The notes below the pieces were generated by a model that was not told where the DNA came from, ran no database searches, and saw only the letters and a program-made list of their open reading frames with translations. Position numbers and translations under genes: made by a program. From positions 1 through 27,303 of the forward strand of contig JANNUM010000016.1 in NCBI GenBank assembly GCA_031395235.1: a stretch of 27,303 bases of DNA, given 5' to 3'. Origin of the DNA: Chloroflexota bacterium. GTDB taxonomy: Bacteria; Chloroflexota; Limnocylindria; P2-11E. Positions 23,610 through 27,303 of the stretch are shown here, in pieces. The stretch's first letter is position 1; the number at the start of each line of letters is the position of its first letter.

Positions 23610-24328
23610 ATCTCCATGACCTGCCGACACTTGCCGACGTGCCCGGCGCGACCGCCGCGCAGATGGCCGAGGCCGACCGGATCGCGTCGGAAGAGCTCGG
23701 CGTCCCGCTCGAGCTGCTCATGGAGAACGCGTCGCACCAGATCGCCGCAGCAGCACGTCTCTTCCTGGGGACTGTCGCCGGCAAGCGGATCGTGGCGCTC
23801 GCCGGCAGTGGGAACAACGGTGGCGACGCTCTCGGCGCGCTTCGTCACCTGAGCGGCTGGGGCGCGGACGTCCGAGCCGCGCTGTCGGGCCCCGCGGAAC
23901 GGCTGCGTCCCCTCGCGCGACGGCAGCACAACATCCTCGCGACCCTCGGAGTGCCCCTCGACGCGACCGTCGACGATGCCGACCTCCTGATCGATGGTCT
24001 GCTGGGCTACAGCGCTGCTGGTCCGCCGCACAACGGGGTCGCCAAGCTCATCCGCGCCGCCAACGCGTCGCGCCTGCCGATCCTCGCGGTCGATCTGCCC
24101 TCAGGCCTGCATCCGGATACCGGAGAGCCCTTGGGTATCACGATCCGCGCCGTGCTCACCGTCACGCTGGCGCTGCCGAAGCGGGGGCTGATGGCAACGC
24201 CGTCCCGCGCACTCGTCGGCGAGCTGCTCCTCGCTGACATCGGCATCCCGCCGCAGGCCTTCGACCGTCTCGGCATCGAGACGCGCGGTCTGTTCGGCGG
24301 TGGCGATCTCGTCCGTATCATCCGCTGA
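23606..24328 (+). CDS. nnrE: NAD(P)H-hydrate epimerase (stand-alone YjeF_N domain)
   Basis: QMAEADR, LMENAS, GSGNNGGD, IDGLLG, AVDLPSG, TVTLALPKRGL, LADIGIP. GTG 23606. Confidence 0.88.
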   Translation: MNLHDLPTLADVPGATAAQMAEADRIASEELGVPLELLMENASHQIAAAARLFLGTVAGKRIVALAGSGNNGGDALGALRHLSGWGADVRAALSGPAERLRPLARRQHNILATLGVPLDATVDDADLLIDGLLGYSAAGPPHNGVAKLIRAANASRLPILAVDLPSGLHPDTGEPLGITIRAVLTVTLALPKRGLMATPSRALVGELLLADIGIPPQAFDRLGIETRGLFGGGDLVRIIR

Positions 24329-25176
24329 TGCCCCTCCAAGGAAAGCGCCTCGCGTTCATCGGCGGCGGGACGATGGCGGAGGCGATGATCCGCGGCCTGC
24401 TCGACAAGCACCTCGTACCGCCGTCGCACGTGTTCGTCACGGGCCCGCGCCGCGAACGGCGGGCGGAGCTGACGAAGCGGTTCGGCGTGAAAGCGCTCGC
24501 GTCGAACGTGGACGCCGCGCAGAGCGCGCACATCGTCGTGCTGTCGGTGAAGCCCCAGGTCCTCCCCGCGGTGCTCCGCGAGCTACGCGGCAAGCTGCGC
24601 GTCGACCAGCTCGTGATCTCGATCGTGGCCGGCGCCCCGCTGGCGGTGCTCAGCGAGGGCCTTGACCACGCGACGATCGTGCGCGCGATGCCCAACACGC
24701 CCGCGCAGATCGGGATGGGCATCACCGCCTGGTGCGCTGCAGCGGGCGTGGAGCGCGATCAGCGCGACCGCGCGAAGGCGATCCTCGGCGCGCTCGGCGA
24801 GGAGATCGAGGTCGAGGAGGAGGGCATGGTCGACATGGCGACCGCGCTCTCCGGCACCGGACCGACGTACGTGTTCCTGTTGATGGAGGCGCTTGTCGAC
24901 GCGGGCGTGCATCTCGGGTTCTCGCGGCGCGTCGCGGAAGAGCTGGTGCTCCGCACCGTCGAAGGCTCCGCCGTGTTCGCGCGCCGCAGCGGACGGCATC
25001 TCGCGGAACTACGGAACATGGTCACGTCCCCCGGTGGCACCAGCGCCGCGGCGATCTACGAGCTCGAGAAGGGCACGATGCGCACGGTGCTGTCGCGCGC
25101 GGTCTACGCCGCGTTCGTGCGGACGCGTGAGCTCGGCGCCGAAGCGCAGGCGAAGCTGCAAAAAACGAAGCAGTGA
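24328..25176 (+). CDS. proC: Pyrroline-5-carboxylate reductase
   Basis: FIGGGTMA, LSVKPQ, ISIVAG, VRAMPNTP, TALSGTGP, VTSPGGTS, LEKG. Confidence 0.96.
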   Translation: MPLQGKRLAFIGGGTMAEAMIRGLLDKHLVPPSHVFVTGPRRERRAELTKRFGVKALASNVDAAQSAHIVVLSVKPQVLPAVLRELRGKLRVDQLVISIVAGAPLAVLSEGLDHATIVRAMPNTPAQIGMGITAWCAAAGVERDQRDRAKAILGALGEEIEVEEEGMVDMATALSGTGPTYVFLLMEALVDAGVHLGFSRRVAEELVLRTVEGSAVFARRSGRHLAELRNMVTSPGGTSAAAIYELEKGTMRTVLSRAVYAAFVRTRELGAEAQAKLQKTKQ

Positions 25177-25201
25177 TGCGGCGGGGCTCGCTGCTCGGAC
25201 G

Positions 25202-25654
25202 TTAGGCCGGCGCGATCTGGTTCACCTCGAAGCGCTCGCCCGCGTTCGAGATCTGGGCGTGCGCGTCGACGGCCTTCATCCAAGCGGCGCCGCCCGCCGC
25301 GAGGGCCTCGAACGTCTTCGCCTCGGAGCGGCTGGGCCACAGGAGCACGGTGTGCTCGTGCGGCGCGCCCTCGGAGAGGAAGCGTTCGAGGTCCGCCTGG
25401 GTCTTGAGGACGAGCGCGGCTCCCGCCTTGGTGCCGGCGGGGCCGAAGCTCACCTTCCGTGGTGACCATGCGGTGAGCCAGCTCGGAGCGGCGCCGTCGT
25501 GGCCAACGACCGCCACCAGCGGCGTCGGCCCGAAGCCCCAGAGCCACGCGGCCGTTTCGGCGACGGTCTCCGGGTCGGCGAGCGGACGGTACTCCGCGTC
25601 AGCCGGCGGGAGCTCCACGACGAACCGGTCATATGCGACCTGGCTCACCTGCAT
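25202..25654 (-). CDS. Hypothetical protein (150 aa)
   Basis: Normal amino-acid composition and GC3-biased codons; fills the space between proC and the ABC permease; no family recognised. Confidence 0.7.
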   Translation of the reverse strand: MQVSQVAYDRFVVELPPADAEYRPLADPETVAETAAWLWGFGPTPLVAVVGHDGAAPSWLTAWSPRKVSFGPAGTKAGAALVLKTQADLERFLSEGAPHEHTVLLWPSRSEAKTFEALAAGGAAWMKAVDAHAQISNAGERFEVNQIAPA

Positions 25655-25716
25655 GTCGCGCTAGGAGTAGCACCGAGCGGTCAGCCGAGTCAGCCACGGA
25701 AGGGTATCGGTCCGGG

Positions 25717-25734
25717 CTAGTACTCCAGTACTAG
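25717..25734. repeat. Perfect 18-bp palindrome CTAGTACT-CC-AGTACTAG
   Basis: Read directly; AT-rich against the background; overlaps the oppC-like stop codon and lies upstream of the hypothetical gene. Confidence 0.85.
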
Positions 25735-26567
25735 GTTCCCGATCGCCGGAGACGCGGGTCGAGCGCGTCCCGGAGGGCGTCGCCGAGGAAGTTGAAGGCA
25801 AAGACCGCGAGGAAGATCGCCGTACCGGGGCCGAGGCTCATCCACCACATGAGGTTGGACAGGTATCGAGCGTTGTAGTTGATGTCCTGGCCCCACGACG
25901 GCGTGGGCGGCTGTGCGCCGAGGCCGAGGAATGACAGAGCGGCCTCCGCGAGGATCGCTCCGGCCGTGCCGAGCGTGGCCTGCACGATCAGAGGATTGGT
26001 GATGTTGGGGAAGATGTGGCGGGCCACGATGCGCAGCGGGGTCGCGCCGATCGTGCGCGCGGCCACGATGTACTCCCGCTCGCGCACCGAGAGCACCTGA
26101 CCGCGCGTAAGACGCGCGTACGCCGGGATGGCGACGATGCCGATGGCGATCATCGCGTGCTGGATCTGCGGTTTCTCCTGGGTCGCGACGATCGCGATCG
26201 CGAGGAGCAGAGCCGGGAAGGCAAGGAGCGTGTCGATCGCGCGCATCGCCAGGAGATCTATGAGGCCGCCCAGGTAGCCCGAGAAGAGCCCGACCGTCAC
26301 CCCGATGCCGAAGCCGATCCCGACGGAGATGAACCCCACGGTCAGCGAGGTCTGTGAGCCCCAGATGACGCGCGAGAGCACGTCGCGACCGAGGTCGTCC
26401 GTCCCGAACCAATGCCGCAGGCTCGGAGGCTCGAGGCTCTGCGAGACGTCGACTTTGATGGGGTCGTAGGGCGCGATGAACGGCGCGAGCAACGCGACAA
26501 GCACGAGCAGGAGAACGATCGTGCCGCCGATGAGGATGCGTAGGTTGCGCCGTACCAAGTACCTCAC
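25731..26567 (-). CDS. Peptide/nickel ABC transporter permease (OppC/DppC-like)
   Basis: HWFGTDDLGRDVLSRVIWG, FPALLLAI, EAA loop EYIVAARTIGATPLRIVARHIFPN, EAALSFLGLG..P.PSWG. GTG 26567 in a GTGA overlap. Confidence 0.93.
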   Translation of the reverse strand: MRYLVRRNLRILIGGTIVLLLVLVALLAPFIAPYDPIKVDVSQSLEPPSLRHWFGTDDLGRDVLSRVIWGSQTSLTVGFISVGIGFGIGVTVGLFSGYLGGLIDLLAMRAIDTLLAFPALLLAIAIVATQEKPQIQHAMIAIGIVAIPAYARLTRGQVLSVREREYIVAARTIGATPLRIVARHIFPNITNPLIVQATLGTAGAILAEAALSFLGLGAQPPTPSWGQDINYNARYLSNLMWWMSLGPGTAIFLAVFAFNFLGDALRDALDPRLRRSGT

Positions 26568-27303
26568 GCGCGCGCCTTCCCGTAGGAGATGCGCGGATCG
26601 AGCCAAGCGTAAACGATGTCCACGAACAGGTTCGCGAACATGAACGAAAGTGCGGAGAGCAGCACGATCGCCTGGACCACCGGATAATCGCGACCGTTGA
26701 TGCTGTCCACCACAAGGCGGCCGATCCCAGGCCAGAAGAAGATGGTCTCGGTGATGATCGCGCCCTCGATGATCGCGCCCACCTGCAAGCCGATGATCGT
26801 CACGACCGGGATCAGCGCGTTCTTCATCGCGTGGCGGAACACCACGAGCTGCTCGGTCAGGCCCTTCGCACGTGCGGTCCGCATGTAGTCCTGCCCCAGG
26901 ACGTCGAGGAGGCTCGAGCGCACCTGGCGTAGGTTGACGGCGGTGCTCGCGGTCGCGAGGGTGATCGCCGGGAGCACCAGACGCCTGAGGTTCGCGAGCG
27001 GATCCTCAACGAAATCGGTATAGCCGCCGGGCGGGAAGACTCGGAACATGAGGGAGAAGACGAGAATGAGGATGATCGCGAGGTAGAAGTTGGGCAGCGA
27101 CACGCCCGCGATCGTGAAGCCGGTCGCCAGGAGATCGAGCGGCGAGTTGCGCTTGAGCGCGGAGAGGGTGCCGACGACGAGCGCGATCGTCACCGAGAGC
27201 AGCAGCGCGGCCGCGCCAAGCTCGAGCGTTTTCGGGAGGCGCTCGAGGATCGCCTCCAGCACCGGCTGGCGCGTGCGCAGCGACCGACCGAAGTCGCCCT
27301 GCT
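26564..27303 (-). CDS. Peptide/nickel ABC transporter permease (OppB/DppB-like), 5' end outside the window
   Basis: GDFGRSL, RLPKTLEL, SLPNF, DYMRTARAKGL...RHAMKNALIP, ETIFFWPGIG, RDYPVVQ, LDPRI. Confidence 0.93.
   Translation of the reverse strand, partial: QGDFGRSLRTRQPVLEAILERLPKTLELGAAALLLSVTIALVVGTLSALKRNSPLDLLATGFTIAGVSLPNFYLAIILILVFSLMFRVFPPGGYTDFVEDPLANLRRLVLPAITLATASTAVNLRQVRSSLLDVLGQDYMRTARAKGLTEQLVVFRHAMKNALIPVVTIIGLQVGAIIEGAIITETIFFWPGIGRLVVDSINGRDYPVVQAIVLLSALSFMFANLFVDIVYAWLDPRISYGKARA

Noticed and set aside
25177-25201. Possible terminator between the convergent proC and hypothetical genes
   Set aside because: Only a weak GCGGCG/CGCTGC stem and no U-tract on either strand.
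25680-25696. GGCTGAC-TC-GGCTGAC direct repeat (minus strand)
   Set aside because: A 7-bp GC-rich duplication is plausible by chance; only two copies.
1-27303. CRISPR arrays, tRNA/rRNA, transposases, integrases, prophage or defence genes
   Set aside because: No regularly spaced repeats, cloverleaf-like segments or mobile-element motifs seen; all sizeable intergenic gaps are accounted for.

Overview
High-GC (roughly 70% by eye) bacterial chromosomal window. Gene content and style suggest Chloroflexota or a related Terrabacteria lineage (inference). It is densely coding, with about 27 genes, and I see no mobile element, tRNA/rRNA or CRISPR array. In order: degV-family(partial)<-birA<-thrB<-thrC | AI-2E transporter->surE-> | <-membrane spermidine-synthase-like protein | <-DUF71/Dph6-like ATP pyrophosphatase<-71-aa 10-Cys microprotein<-btuD<-btuC<-btuF<-short cobalamin riboswitch<-SWIM microprotein | <-sensor HD-GYP<-Nudix<-PGI/PMI<-PGM/PMM<-Rmd-like reductase | <-dCache-HAMP-GAF histidine kinase<-ComB-family phosphatase<-FAD oxidoreductase<-YtnP-like MBL hydrolase | methyltransferase->GNAT->stand-alone NnrE->proC-> | <-hypothetical<-oppC-like<-oppB-like(partial). 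Most notable: (i) a B12-riboswitch operon that couples corrinoid uptake to a DUF71 enzyme and an unannotated microprotein with ZZ-zinc-finger-like Cys spacing, a candidate cobamide salvage/remodelling module; (ii) two genes that appear to start at ATA codons in ATAG stop/start overlaps; (iii) a BirA with substitutions at the positions equivalent to E. coli R118 and K172; (iv) repeated leaderless TANNNT-N6/7-start promoters, including a 20-bp bidirectional one, and two perfect palindromes in promoter positions. All family calls come from motif recognition by eye; no database searches were run.
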